Positions 25,041 through 38,249 of a DNA stretch of 64,000 bases are shown piece after piece (within the stretch, counting starts at the first letter, position 1; the number at the start of each line of letters is the position of its first letter). The position numbers were made by a program, and so were the translations under genes. Source of the stretch: Mobula hypostoma (lineage: Eukaryota); contig NC_086102.1 of the NCBI RefSeq assembly GCF_963921235.1, forward strand, positions 165,292,001 through 165,356,000. Reading direction: 5' to 3'. Below the pieces are notes generated by a model. That model was not told the DNA's origin, ran no database searches, and worked only from the letters and a program-made list of their open reading frames with translations.

Positions 25041-26274
25041 GAAGGCAGATGAAAAAAAGCAGGTGTCATCTTGAAATAAGGAATGTCCAGAGAAATTGAA
25101 GTTCAAAATTTGCCAGTTCTCAATGCTTATTCATCTAGAATTCCAGTCAGATACACTGTAGGTATCAAAGGTGCAAGGTTCTTTGATTTTCTTCTTAGAG
25201 GAAAATAATAAAACATAATTTACAGAAGAATAGAGCAGGAATGTAAAGTACTGACAAATTCCATGCAGGCAGCGGATTGGTTAAAATGGTGATGAGTGGC
25301 AGGTGAAAGTCATGGTAACAAATATGTGATATGGGGGGTACCTGGACTTTGAAGCATGTTGAAAATTCTGTGCAATTCCGAAATAACGTAGAAATCCTAA
25401 GAGGAAATATACAATTAACATGTTGGATATTGAACACGCTTTACATAATGCATGCAGATAAATCAGTGTGTGATTAAACTACTAAAACCTTTCAACTGGC
25501 ATGGTCCATAGTTCTGTAATTTTCCCCCTAAAGTTCCTACCTCTTTGCAACTATCATGCTTTAAGATGTTCCTTAACATGTGAATTTTTTTTAACTCAGA
25601 AAGGCTTCCAGTTAATCATCATTAAGTAGCCTGTAATTATTAATTACTAAAATACTATTATGGAAGAAAATTGCAAGGAAGTAATTGCGACTTAAAAGTC
25701 AATTAATGTATCAGTATTATTTAAAAGGAAAGCTGTGGTGATGAGTGCTGTAAGATCAAAGTTATCCTTTCAGCCTTGACATGTAATGCTATTGTGACAA
25801 CTGCTAAAAGTGATTGAATACAAAGAGGTCCCGTCCAAGGAGGCTGTCAAATACATGAGCCATCTTAATGCAATATGAAAACTGTCAAGTTGTGTCATTA
25901 TTGCCATTCTTGGGAATCCGTTGTAGCTTGTTGAACAGGGAATTCCCCTGTCCATGCCCAACATGCAGTTTTATTTTTCCTTCTGTAAAGTGTCTTATTT
26001 TCTGAATTGAGTGACAATCTAATTTTGGTTGACTGAGAACGTTATTGAATGAAAAGCAAATACAGCAAAATTGCATTAAGCAAACATTTACTGTCACGAG
26101 CTATAACAGGTCATGTTGTTAGGGTTGCTGAGCAGTTGGAGGATTTTAGACCCATTTTATTGGTTCTTTCTCAAGGATGGTTCTGTTTTTCTACTTTGGA
26201 TTGATTCCCCATCTGTTTCTATCAGAGTTTTTCATACATGCTCACTAGCTCCTAGAGTATGTCTTGTCAGTTAG

Positions 26275-26898
26275 GAGGTGTAGAAGAGTGAGATAGATCA
26301 GCTGGCTGAGAGATGCACTGAATGTCAGTAAGACCAAGGAATCGATTGTGGATCGTGGAAGTTGGGAGAACACGCACCAGTCCTCATTGAGGGATCAGCA
26401 GTGGAAAGGGCGAGCAGTTTCAAGTTCCTGGGTGTCAACGTCTCTGAAGATCCAACCTGGGCTAAACATGTTGATGCTATTACAAAGAAGGTGTGACAGC
26501 AGCTATATTTCATTAAGAGTTTAAGGAGACTTGATATATCACCAAAGACTTGCAAATTTTTACAGATGTACCATGGAGAGCATTCAAACTGGTTGCATCA
26601 CCATTTGGTATAGAGGGACCACTGCACAGGATTGGAAAAAGCTGCAGAAAGTTGCAAACTCAACCAGCCTCATCATGGCTACTAGCCTCCTCAGCATTGA
26701 GAGCATCTTCAAGAGGCAATGCCTCAAAAAGGCAGCATCAGTCATTAAGGACACCCATCACCCAGGATATGCCCTCTTCTCATTGCTACCATCAAGGAGG
26801 AGGTATGAGAGCCTGAAGGCAAACACTCACCATTTTAGGAATAGCTACTTCCCCACCTCCATCAGATTTCTGAATGGATAATGAACCCATAGACACTA
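26275..26898 (+). mobile_element. Rex1/Babar-like 3' fragment
   Basis: ORF 26531..26881 reads FYRCTMESIQTGCITIWY...LFSLLPSRRRY...FRNSYFPTSIRFLNG. Confidence 0.9.
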
Positions 26899-26899
26899 G

Positions 26900-27690
26900 A
26901 GTTATAGAGTCTTATAATGCTACAGCATGGAAACAGGCCCCTCAGCCCATTTAGTCTATGTTGAACCGTTAATCTCCCTAGTCCCATCGACCTGCACCCA
27001 GACAGGACTCTGTGCTCCTCCCATTCATATACAATACCTATTCAAATTTCTCTTAAATGTTGAATTTGACCCCGCAATTACCATTTGCGCTGGCTGCTGA
27101 TTCCACCCTTTCACCACCCTCTTGAGTGAAGAAGGTCCTCGTTCCCCTTAAACATTTCACCTTTCACCCTCTAGTTCTAGTCTCACCCAATCTCAGTTGA
27201 AAAACCTTATCTGTATCTCTCATAATAGTGTATACCTCTATCAAATCTCCCCTCAATCTTCTACGTTCCAGGGAATAAAGTCCTAAGTTATTTAACCTTC
27301 CTTTACAATTCAGGTCCACAAGTCTTGGCAACATTCTTGTAAGTTATGTCTTGTACAACTTCAATATACCATCCTGACTCCTGTACTCAATACTTTGAAT
27401 AAAGAAAGCCAATGTGCCAAATAATCTCTTTCTGATCCTGTCGCCCTATGACTTCACTTTCAATGAATTATGGATCTGTAAACACAGATCCTTCCATTCT
27501 CCTGCTCTCATCCATGCCCTACCACTTAAGTCCTATCCTGGCTTGTCCTCCCAAAGTGAAATACCTCACACTTGCCTGCATTAAATTCCATCTGCCATTT
27601 TTAAGCCAATTTTTCTAACTGGTCCAGATTCTGCTGCAAGCTTTGATTGCCTTCCTCACAGTGCACTTCCTCCCTCAAACTTTTATTGTC
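26900..27690 (-). mobile_element. CR1 3' fragment
   Basis: Homologous to 1-345 and 4985-5582 (aaacaggccc...tagtcccatcgacctgcac; ttaaattccatctgcca encodes WQMEFN on the reverse strand). Confidence 0.8.
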
Positions 27691-27779
27691 TAGCACATTA
27701 GTTACCTGCAGAAAATGGATTTGCTCTCACCAGCTAAACTGACAAGTATATTTTTCTGTGTTTAAGCATTCCTGTAATG

Positions 27780-28050
27780 GGACAACACAGTAGTGTAGTG
27801 GTTAGCACAATGCTTTCTTTACACTACAGGCGACCTGGGTTCAATATCTGCCGCTGCCTATAAGGAGTTTGTATGTTCTCCCCGTGACCTCATGGGTTTC
27901 CTCCAGGTGCCCCGGTTTCCTCCCACAGTCCAAAGATGTACTGGTTGGTCGATTAATTGGTCATCATAAATTGTCCTGTGATTAGGCCTGGATTAAATTG
28001 TGAGTTGCTGGGCATTGTGGCTCGAAGGGCTGTGTATCTCAATAAAAAAT
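27780..28050 (+). mobile_element. tRNA-derived V-SINE (HE1-like)
   Basis: A box gtagtgtagtgg and B box gggttcaat, followed by the V-domain ggagtttgtatgttctccccgtg...gggtttcctcc.ggtgc.ccggtttcctcccacagtccaaaga. Confidence 0.85.
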
Positions 28051-30129
28051 AGTAATGTAAATTAAAGAATTACCAAATTAATTAATTATCATGGCTTTAA
28101 TTTTAGATTTTTTTTTAATATACAGAAAGTGTCACTTATTATGGCAACTTTTTTTGAAATTGCATTACTTAAAAACAAAAAGCATAGCATTAATTGAGGA
28201 AATAAAATTACCTGTTTGATATGCAGATGGAATGTTAAGTCAAAACTGGTTTCTTTGCTTCTATTATTGGTAACTCTGGTACTAATATCATAAAGTCTTT
28301 TGCCTCACCTCTTACATTGTCAATCAATGCATTGTTACATCAAATAGTAACTGAAAGAAAATGTCTTTGTGAAATGAGTTCCTGTTGAAGATTGTAACGC
28401 ACCTTATTGTGTATCTCCTACAAATAAAGCTGCATTTATGAATTTATGATGTGATGTACTAATAAAGTCAAACGCACTGTGGGAAGCTGCTTATCTTCAC
28501 AGCAGTCAGATTTCTTGAAACATTAGTAAACTCACCATTTATTTTTACCTGTAGTTTACTTGTATATTTTTCCTATGAGTCGTGCAGTCTAAGTCGCAAT
28601 GAAGCATCATTAGGGGGCTGAGAAGAGAATAGGCAGGATTGGACAATTTTTCTGAAAAGCTACATATTGTGAACTCCAACACATAATTTTAAACTGTATG
28701 AATACACACAGTAACAATTACCAGTTGAAGAGTCTATTCTATGAATTTATGGCAGAAAGTAATTGAAAGAGTTCTGCATATAGGTACATTTGAAAAAGCT
28801 GTTTTTACACATCATTCTGACATTCTTTTGTAAATTATTTTTCTTTTCTCTCTAAACCTTATGTAATTTAGATGATCTTTTCACATACAGAGGTCAAAAA
28901 TATGCCAAAATCTGTGGAAATTACCAGTCTAATTGCATCTAGGTGACAATAAAACTAACTCCCTAGGGAACTTTGACAGTCTGCAATTGATCTTGGCTAG
29001 CTTAACTGTACCTAGTTTGTTCCTATATGATATGGCCTATGCAGTAGCATTCAATGGGCAAATATGGAGAAGAATAGTAAATTTAAAGAATTTAAAAAAA
29101 CCTAATTTCCATTGTCTGCAATTTTTGAAGCAATTGGCAAAGGAGGAAAAACTTAAGAAATAGTAAATAATTGGGGGCAGATCTTCTTTTCACTGCATTG
29201 TTGCAATTTGTATTTTCTGTGACATTAGTAGTAACAACATGAAAATGGTACCCAGCTGTTAGTGTTATATCAGAAAATTTCAAGATATGAAATACCCAAC
29301 TGATTTCAAGATCTTTTCTCAATACATGTTGGCAAACTGGCCTGTAAATCATTCCACCAAACACATGAGTTGCATCTACCTGTACTTAGCCTCTGCCTAG
29401 ATTCTTTACTCAAGTTTCCCAGCCCCACTTTTTTCAGGATGTGGAAGGTTAGATAAGATGACCAACCTTACCTAACAAATGATACAGATTAGTAGCTTCA
29501 AGAAGCAAGTAAGCCTCAGATCTACTGGTTGTCAGAAGTTTTTAAAGAATCTTATATCTCTAATGTATAATTTTAAAACTACTCTGATAGATTTAATCAG
29601 GATATTTATTTGTCTTTGATATTTCAAAAACTAATAAAATAAAAGCAGATTAAAACACTAACAAAAACTAAAAATTTTGTTATATTTAAAGTATAGACAC
29701 TGCCAGTTATTTGTAGTTACCATGTGTGCAGCATTGCCAAGAACCTTCAGTTCTCTCCTTGTGCATAGCTTGGGAGCTGGATGTCAGCTTCGCTCAGCAC
29801 ATTGATGGTGTGGAGCAAACAATGCTGGCATTTCACCTCCAGCATGTTCAGGACTTCTGTTGTTCATAATGCCTGTACGGTTTAAAAAGGCAGCGTTCCT
29901 CAAGGGCATTTAGGGATGGGAATTAAATGCTGACCTTGCCCAGACTGTCAAAATGAGTAAATTCATATATATATATATATGTGAAGCTGGTTGTTTCCTT
30001 TAGAACTTTCTGCTGTCAGTTAGTTAGACCATTGTTCTTTTTTCATGTTGCATCATTATAGATAAGTATTCCTGTGTTAATATCTTCTCTAATCACTTAA
30101 TCCTAAGAATTAATAAGAAAAGCAACATA

Positions 30130-30830
30130 CACTCAATGGCCACTTTATTAGATAAATCTTGTACCTAATAAAGTGGCCGCTGAGCGTATGTTCATAATCT
30201 TTTGCTGCTGTAGCTCATCAACTTCAAGGTTTGACATGTTGTGTGTTCAGAGGAGTACTTCTGAACACCACCGTTGTAACACATTTGAGTTCCTGTTGCC
30301 TTCCTGTCCGCCTGAACCAGTCTGGCCTCCTCTGACCTCTCTCATTAGCAAGGCATTTTTCTCCCAGAATTGCTGATCACTGAATGCTTTTGTTTATTGT
30401 ACCATTTTCGTTAAACTCTAGAGACTCTATGTGAAAATCCTAGCTGTTTCTGAGTTAGTCAAACCACCCCATCTGACATTGACAATCATTCCATGGTCAA
30501 AGTAATTTAGATCACATTTCTTCCCCATTGTGATATTTGGTCTGAAAAACAACTGAATCACTTGACCATGTCTGCATGCTTTTACTTATTTATTATTTAG
30601 TTTACTTATTTTTAGGCACAGAGTGGAACAGGCCCTTTAACCCACATATGGGAAGAACGAACAAATTTAGTTACAGAGGATGACGGAATTGAACTCCCAA
30701 CTCTGATGCCCCAAGCTGTGTACCGTGTCTCCCTAATTATGCATTGAATTGCTGCCACATGAGTGGCTGGTTAGATATTTGTATTAATGAGTAAGTGTAC
30801 ACGTGTACCTAATAAACTGGCCACTGAGAA
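30130..30830. mobile_element. Non-autonomous Tc1-like DNA transposon with a nested SINE-like fragment (about 30580-30740)
   Basis: TA|cactcaatggccactttattag ... ctaataaactggccactgagaa|TA; the interior is homologous to 37684-38146. Confidence 0.8.
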
Positions 30831-30834
30831 TAAG

Positions 30835-31330
30835 TAGATAAAGAAATCATGTGGCATACTTGCCTTTGTTGGGGCATAAAATTTATAAGTCAGGAGCCCA
30901 TGTTGTAGCTGCATAAAACTTTGCTGAGGCCAGGTTTGGAGTACTGTGTGTGCAATTCTTGTCATGGCATTACAAGAAGGATGTGGAGTTATTGGAGAGT
31001 ATGGAGAAGGGGTTGAACAAACCTGATTTTTTTTTCTCTTGGAACCATTGAAGGTCAAGGGAAGACCTGATAAAATGATGGAACTGCCAAATATGAGAGG
31101 CTGTAGCTTTATGGTAAGAGGCTGAAAGTTTAAAAGAGACTTACCAGGCAATTTTTTTTTCAGCCTGGTAGGTGTTTCAAACACATTGTCGGGGCAGGTG
31201 GTAAAAGTAGATGTAAAACTGACGTTTAGACAAACACAAGAACAGGCAGGGATATTGACCCTGTGAAGGCAGATGGGATTAGTTCAAATTGGTATCACGG
31301 TAGACTGAAGAAGTTGTTCCTTCGTTGTAC
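30835..31330 (+). mobile_element. Old CR1 fragment
   Basis: LHKTLLRPGLEYCV and YKKDV remnants. Confidence 0.7.
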
Positions 31331-31659
31331 TTTGTTTTGTACTTTGTTCTTTGTTTTATCATTTCCTCTTTAAAAATAGACTATGTTTGGAAAGATCAAA
31401 AAATCTGTATACATAAAATGATTTCTGTTATATTTTCAAAAATCGTTAACCTACCTGGTTGTTGAAACTAAAGTGTTGCTGATGGGATTTTAATAGCTTG
31501 CTGTGAATTTGATAAATATGCCTCCGACTCGAAAACTTTAAAATCAAACTGATTTCTCCTTGAATTTTGTACTTATTCTTTAAGTATTGCTGTGAATGAC
31601 AATTTATACCATATGTAACATTTATTCCTATTCCATGTCAGATTGTCACTTTACACTTA

Positions 31660-32545
31660 TGACTGAGTGCCATTTTCAAGTTTCCTGATGACACCACTGT
31701 CATAGGCCAAACTGAAGGTGATGACAAATCAGCATATAGAGGGGAGATTGCAAATCTAGCTGCATGGTGCCACAACAACAATTTCTTAATGTCAGCAAGA
31801 CCAAGGAACTGATTACTGACTTCAGAAGGAGAAAACCAGAGGTCCATGAGTCAGTCCCATTGGAGGATAAAAGGTGGAGAGCAATTTTAAGTTCCTTGGT
31901 GTTCCTTGTTCTGGGCCCAGCATGTAAGTGCAATTATGAAGAAAGCACGGCAGTGCCTCTCCTTCCTTAGGAGTTTGCGAAGTATTGGCATGACATCTAA
32001 AACCATGACAGACTTCTGCAGATGAATGGTGGAGAGTAATTGACTGATAGCATCACAGCCTGGTATGGAAACACCAATGCCCTTGAATGGAAAATCCTAC
32101 ATAAAGTAGGATCAGTATCTTCACAGGTAAAGCCCTCCCCACCATTGAGCATATCTACATGAAGTGTTGGCGCAAGAAAGCAGCATCCACCATCAGGGAA
32201 CCACACCACCCACTTTATGCTTTCTTCTTGCTGTTGCCACCAGGAAGAAGCTACAGGAGCCTCAGGACTCAAACAACCAGGATCAGGAACAGATTACCCC
32301 TCAACCATCAGGCTCTTAAACTAAAAGAGATAACTTCAGTCAACTTCACTTGCCCCATCCATCACTGGAATGTTCCCACAACCTATGGACTCATTTTTAA
32401 GGACTCTTCATCTCATGTTCTCGATATTTATTGCTTCTTTTTATTATTACTTCTTTTTGTATTTTGACAGTTTGTTGTCTTTTGCACATTGGTTGAACGC
32501 ACAGTTGGTTCGGTCTTTTGTTGATTCTATTATGGTTATATATAT
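31660..32545 (+). mobile_element. Rex1/Babar-like 3' fragment
   Basis: KFPDDTTV, LNVSKTKELITDFRRRK and FLLLPPGRSYRSLRTQTTR. Confidence 0.85.
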
Positions 32546-33659
32546 TTTTTCTACTTTGCTTTTCTTGCTTTTTGTTTTGTAGTTTGGTACTTCTGAATTT
32601 TTGTAGCTTTTTGCTAGAAAATTAGTATAATAGAATGTGGCTAAAACTGAAGATTTTGGACTAAGCCTCCTTGGAAGTACAGTGGGCTTAGTGCAAACAA
32701 TCAAGGAAAGAGTTGGCATCAAACTCATATATTGAAAGTGGAATCTATAGAAGCTCTATTCCAGCTTAGTACTATTGCTTGAGTATTCATTTTTTAAAAA
32801 TGGTAATACCAAATGTTCATTCATTTGGTCTTACTTGGTATCTTTTCTGAATAGGACACCTGACATTGTGCTTTCCAGTGATGGTCTCTTAATATCATGG
32901 GTAATCTGTCATTACTACAGTTATGTTGTTAGTGGGCTGCTAGGGAGGACTGTAATAAATTGAAATACAGGTTTCTAAAGGCCTCCTCCCTACCCTCCTG
33001 GCAAATACACTGTTTATGGAAAATAAATTTGAAGAATTCAGAGCAAGACTGCAGTACCAGATTGACATCAGGAACTGTTCTGTTACAGAGACATGGTTTA
33101 CCATTAGTGTTCCAGTTTGAGGGCTTCACCTTCCACCACGTGGACTGGATAGCAGTATCAGATAAAGGCAGAGATGGCAGTGCTTTCTTTATGATTAACT
33201 TATCGTGGTGCACAGGAATGGTGGTTCAGATGTTGTGCTGAACTGGAACATCTGGGGAGCCTGGTGTTCAAAAGTTGGAATTCAGGATCTTTATCCAGGG
33301 TCTTCATTCATTGTCATTGGTGAGTCCTGGCCCGACACCAAAGATCGAAGTCTGAAGGTTGATCAGAAGCCCAGAAATTGAAACCCTGTGGCTGGAGCCC
33401 TGGGCCTCTGAGTCAGCGAGTTCACTGGGAAGGTGAAGGTCTAAATGTCTCCACTGGAGGTTGGAGATGGCCTGTCCTGGGGTAGGAGTGGGGCTTGTTT
33501 AGCTGCTTTTGTTGTTGTTTCTTGTGTTGTTCTGTGAACATGGTGGACATGATATGTTGGTGATAGAATGTGTGGCGACGTTTGCGGGCTGCCCCCAGTA
33601 CATACTCAGGTTGTGTTAATTGTTAGTTGATAAATAAATGAATCTGATTCAGATCTGAA

Positions 33660-34590
33660 ATCTCAATCCCGCGCCCAAACTGAGTCTCTGTACCCCTCTC
33701 TGCAAGTGGATCCTTGACTTCCTTATCCGGAGACCACAATCAGTGCAGAGCAGTAGTAATATATCTCCTGCTGACAATCAACACAAACACACCTCAAGGA
33801 TGTGTGCATAGCCCACCGCTGTGTTCTCATTATACTCATGACTGTGTGGCTAAGCGCAGCTCAATTGCCATTTGTAAATTTATTGATGACACCACTGTTG
33901 TTGGTGGTATCTCAAGTGATGAGGAGCAAGATAGATTTGCTGGTTGAGTGGTGTCACAACAACCACCTTGCACTCAACATCAACAAGACTAAGGAATTGA
34001 TTGTGGACTTCAGGAAGAAGAAGTTGGGAGAGCACACACCAGTCCTCATTGAGAAGTCAGCGGTGGAAATGGTTAGTAACTTCAAATTCCTGAGTTTCAG
34101 CATCTCAGCGGATCTATCCTAGGCTCAACACATTGATGGCACATTAAGAGTTTGAGGAAATTTTGTATGTCACCAAAGACTTGCAGCTTTTGATCGATGT
34201 ACTGTGGAGCACATTCTGACTAGTTGCATCACAGCCTGGAAGGAGGCCCCATTGTGTAGGATCGAAAGAGGCTGCAGAGGGTTGTACGTGTAGCCAGCTC
34301 TCATCAACAGGCGCAACCCTCTGCACCATTAAGGACATCTCCAAAAGCTGATGCTTCATGCCCTCTTCTCATTACTACCATCGGGTGGGAGGAATGAACC
34401 TGAAGACCCACAATCAATGTTTCAGGAACAGCTTCTTCCCAACACCATCAGGAGGTCCATGAATGCTACCTTGCTATTCATCTTTTGCACTGTTTATTTA
34501 TTGTAGCTTTAGTATTGTTTTTATCTTGTTCTGTACTGCTGATTTAGAAACAAGTTTCATCACATATAACAGTGTTAAACCTTATTCTGA
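33660..34590 (+). mobile_element. Rex1/Babar-like RT and 3' fragment
   Basis: TPQGCVHSP..YTHDC..KFIDDTTVVG and LNINKTKELIVDFRKK. Confidence 0.85.
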
Positions 34591-34814
34591 AATTTCAGCC
34601 CAAGTACAAGCTAACATTAACCTACTCATTGCAGCCTGGGAATTGAACGGACAACATTCTTCATGGTACCACTATGGTTTTTATATTTTGTTTAATGACC
34701 TACTGTAACCTGATAATGAAATGGAGTATTAATTTCCTGAAAGTTGATGAAATTCTGTGTTGCGTTGTAACATACTCTTATGTTGCAACATGCTGTAAGT
34801 CTATTTTACTGATA

Positions 34815-36434
34815 CAGGTTTCCCCTGCCATCCGAAGGTAGAGCATTCCTATGAAACGGTTCGTAAGCCGGAATGTCATAAAGCGAAGAAGCAATTACCA
34901 TTTATTTATATGGGAAAATTTTGTGAGCGTTCGCAGACCCAAAAATAACCTACCAAATCGTGCCAAATAACACATAAAACCTGAAATAATAGTAAAAGCA
35001 GGAACGATATGGTAAATACACAGCCTATATAAAGTAGAAATACTTTTCCACAATCATTGCCTGCACTGTTCTCTGTAGCGAAAATCTCACGCAAGCGCTC
35101 TTGGGAAAAACACGGCGCAAGCGCTGTTGGCAGAAAATCTCACGCAAGCGCTCTCGGCAAAAACACTCTCTCCAGTAACCTTTAAGCTATGAAACTGCCA
35201 AATCATACCAAATAACACATAAAAATACACAGCCGATATAAAGTAGAAATAATGTATGTACAGTGTAGTATCACTTACGGGAATTGGGACAGCGCCGAGC
35301 ACACTGATGGTGTGTTAGACTGAGTTGTCGGAGTTTGGGTGGTGCAGTGGCCCCACCCTCCAGGCAGCAAACCAATACCGATCCGCGAAGCATGCAGTGG
35401 TACAGCGGTAGCCGGGAGGCACACAGCATATCTTTAAGAAAAAAGCCGAAATAAACAAGCTAATTGATTAGGTGCCGCCCAGCAGATAGTTGTCGGCCCA
35501 GATCAGAGGTGATTGTCGAATGCGTCGCCTCTGATCTGGGCCAACAATTACGTGCTGGGCGGCACCTAATTAATTAGCATGTTTATTTTGGCTTTTTTCT
35601 TAAAGATGTGCTGTGTGCCTCCCAGCTACCGCTGCATTCTCCACAAATTAGTATCTGTCCACAGCCTGGGGGTTGGGGTGGTGGGACACTGGGGTGTCAT
35701 CTCATCGTCATCTGTTTCCATTAGGGCAGGCAGCTCATCTTCTCTTATGACTGCCTGCCTCGATGTCGAAGGTCGAGGTTCATCGTCTGCTGTGGCTGAT
35801 GTGGAAGGTATGCTTGACTGCTGAGCCTCACGCAATTTTCTATCATACAGTTCTTTGTAAGCACTCAAACCATCCTGCAAATATCCCCTAAACCTACGTA
35901 CCCTTTCAAAATTAAAGTCGTACTTATTATCATTGCTGCGAAAATCTCACGCAGTTGCTTCATGTTCAGTTCGCTACTGCATTCGGTTTCGATTGTTATC
36001 CTTTCCTCTTGCAATTGCATCAGCTCTTCATCTATCAGTTCTTGGTCATGGGATGCCAAAACATCAACATCATCTTCGTGAGCTTCCACAAGCCAAACTC
36101 ACTTTGTCCTTCCTTCGTTCACCACGATCAAAATGCTTAATTATGTCTAGTTTTACGCTAAGTGTAACACCCTTACGAGCTCTTTCAGGCTTTTCCAATA
36201 CTTTAGAACTCATCTTGCAAACTGCTGCTCACAGGGACGTGTTTAAGCAATGCCGGCGAGAATGCAGTTCCGAATCCGGGGGAGAGCGGCTGCTCGGGGC
36301 GCACAGCGCACTGCTTTTTTTCATAACAGTGAAAACACCTTCTGTTAGCGAAAACAGGGAACTAATGTAGAATGTAGGTCTTTTGTAACAGTGAGGTTTC
36401 GTAAAGCGAACGTTCAAAAAGCGAGGGACACCTG
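34815..36434 (-). mobile_element. Internally deleted Tigger/pogo-like DNA transposon
   Basis: TA|caggtttcccc...gggacacctg|TA termini. The minus strand from 36213 reads MSSKVLEKPERARKGVTLSVKLDIIKHFDRGER (psq/CENP-B-type HTH start), then runs straight into an acidic C-terminal remnant (SHDQELIDEELMQL). There is no DDE core. Confidence 0.88.
35403..35634. repeat. Near-perfect inverted repeat of about 230 bp
   Basis: cagcggtagccgggaggcacacagc...gatcagaggtgat pairs with gtcgcctctgatc...gctgtgtgcctcccagctaccgctg. The arms are about 110 bp with a loop of about 10 nt. Confidence 0.95.
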
Positions 36435-37683
36435 TAAAGGTAAAGACAAGGTAATATTGTCATTTCTGATAACTTATAAAATAAAATTTTGATTTTGTGA
36501 TTAAGTGTAGAATATACAAGTTTTGTCTCCTGGAACATGCATGGCAAGATATTGTCCATTTTTAATAAAAGCAAATATAAGCCTATTTTAAAGGTAGCAT
36601 ACAAGTCTATGGACTTGGAGCAAGAACAGACAACTGAGTCACACAATCCTGCAATTGCACAATCCTATGGGGAGATCCAAATGTAACCTCAGCTCCATGT
36701 TCTCATCAACCCCTGGTAACTTTACATATCCCGTGCAGCAAAAAGCCATTTATGCCTGCTTAAAATACTCAATGCTTCCACTGAACTGGAAGAGCAGAGA
36801 ATCTAGACCAGGGATTCTCTAAGAGGAAACAAAACGGAGGTGATAATTTCACTCAACTTCACTTGCCCCATCACTGAGCTGTTCCCACAACCTATTGACT
36901 CACTTTCAAGGACTTTTTATCTCATGTTCTTAATCTTTATTGTTGAATTATTTCTTATTATTATCTTATATTTTCCTCTTTTATATTTGCACAGTTTGTT
37001 GTCTTTTGTCCGTCCCGTTGGGTGCGGTCTTTTATTGTTTCTTGTAATTACTGTGAATGCCCACAAGAAAATGATATATGCTGACATAGATGTACTTTGG
37101 TCATAAATTTACTTTAAGCTTTGAATTTTGAAATTCAGCTTGTTTCAGTAATGTTAATTTTAAACAGTGACCCTGGTTCTAGGTGCTTTAAGAAGCGCAC
37201 TCTTATCAACCTTTTCTAGGCCCCTCAAAGTCTCAGAAGAATATATTAAACTTTAGTTGAACAACACAACAAAGGTAACAGCATTTGTAGAATAACTACA
37301 GAAAAGGGAACTCTGAATTCTGTTTCATGGTTTTTGCTATTTGCTGAGTGTATAAAAATTGCAAACTGAATTTCAGGTACTATAATTTGGATTGCAGTAC
37401 AAAGTCAGTACAATATTCAATTACTGTATTTATTGGGGCATAGTTAGCTCATTATGGTATGTCACAAATACAAGATAACAAAGCAAAAGTTTATTATCTT
37501 ATAATGATTTAAAGGATATTCAACTCTTCCAGAAAAATAATAGATTTGTCCTGCTGGGGAAAGAAAGATCTTTAGCACCCAAGTCAAAAAAAAGCACAAC
37601 CATGTTCAGAGCAATGCTTCCTTCCTCCAACTTCAGTTTAGAAAGAGCTGTCCTCTTCCCTCCATATTTTGTTGTGGCAACAA

Positions 37684-38146
37684 CCCTCAGTGCTCACTTC
37701 ATTAGGCACTTACTGTAAGTTTCAATATCTTGTACGTTTAGAGATGCTCTTCTGCACACCACAGTTGTAACACATGGTTATTGGAGTGACTGTCGCCTTC
37801 ATGTTAGCTTGAACCAGTCTGGCCATTCTCCTCTGACCTCTCATTAACTAGGCATTTTTAGCCACAGAACTGCTGCTCATTGGATGATTTTTTTTGTTTT
37901 TTGCATCATTCTCTGTAAACTCTGGGGACTGTTATGCATGAAAATCCCAGGAAGTTAAACCAGCCCGAAAGGCACCAACAAGCACTCCATGGTCAATATC
38001 ATTTAGATCAGATCTCTTCCCCATTCTGATATTTGGTTTGAAATAACTGAACCTCTTGACCATGATACATGCTTCAATTATTGAGTTGCTGCTGAGAGGT
38101 ATTTGTATTAATGAGCAGGTGCACCTAATAAAGTGCCTACTGAGTA
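37684..38146. mobile_element. Second copy of the Tc1-like non-autonomous element
   Basis: Degenerate TIRs ctcagtgctcacttcattagg and cctaataaagtgcctactgag; the interior aligns with 30190-30830. Confidence 0.8.
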
Positions 38147-38249
38147 TGTAATTGCTATATTTGTTTTGCTGTATATCTTTGCAGTGATTTCAGAGTGATA
38201 AGGTTGAGCTGAATTGGATTAGGTTTTGTTCTGTTTGCTTTTTCTGACC

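Noticed and set aside
35081-35155. CRISPR-like short repeats
   Set aside because: There are three degenerate tandem units without unique spacers, inside a eukaryotic Tigger element, and no cas genes.
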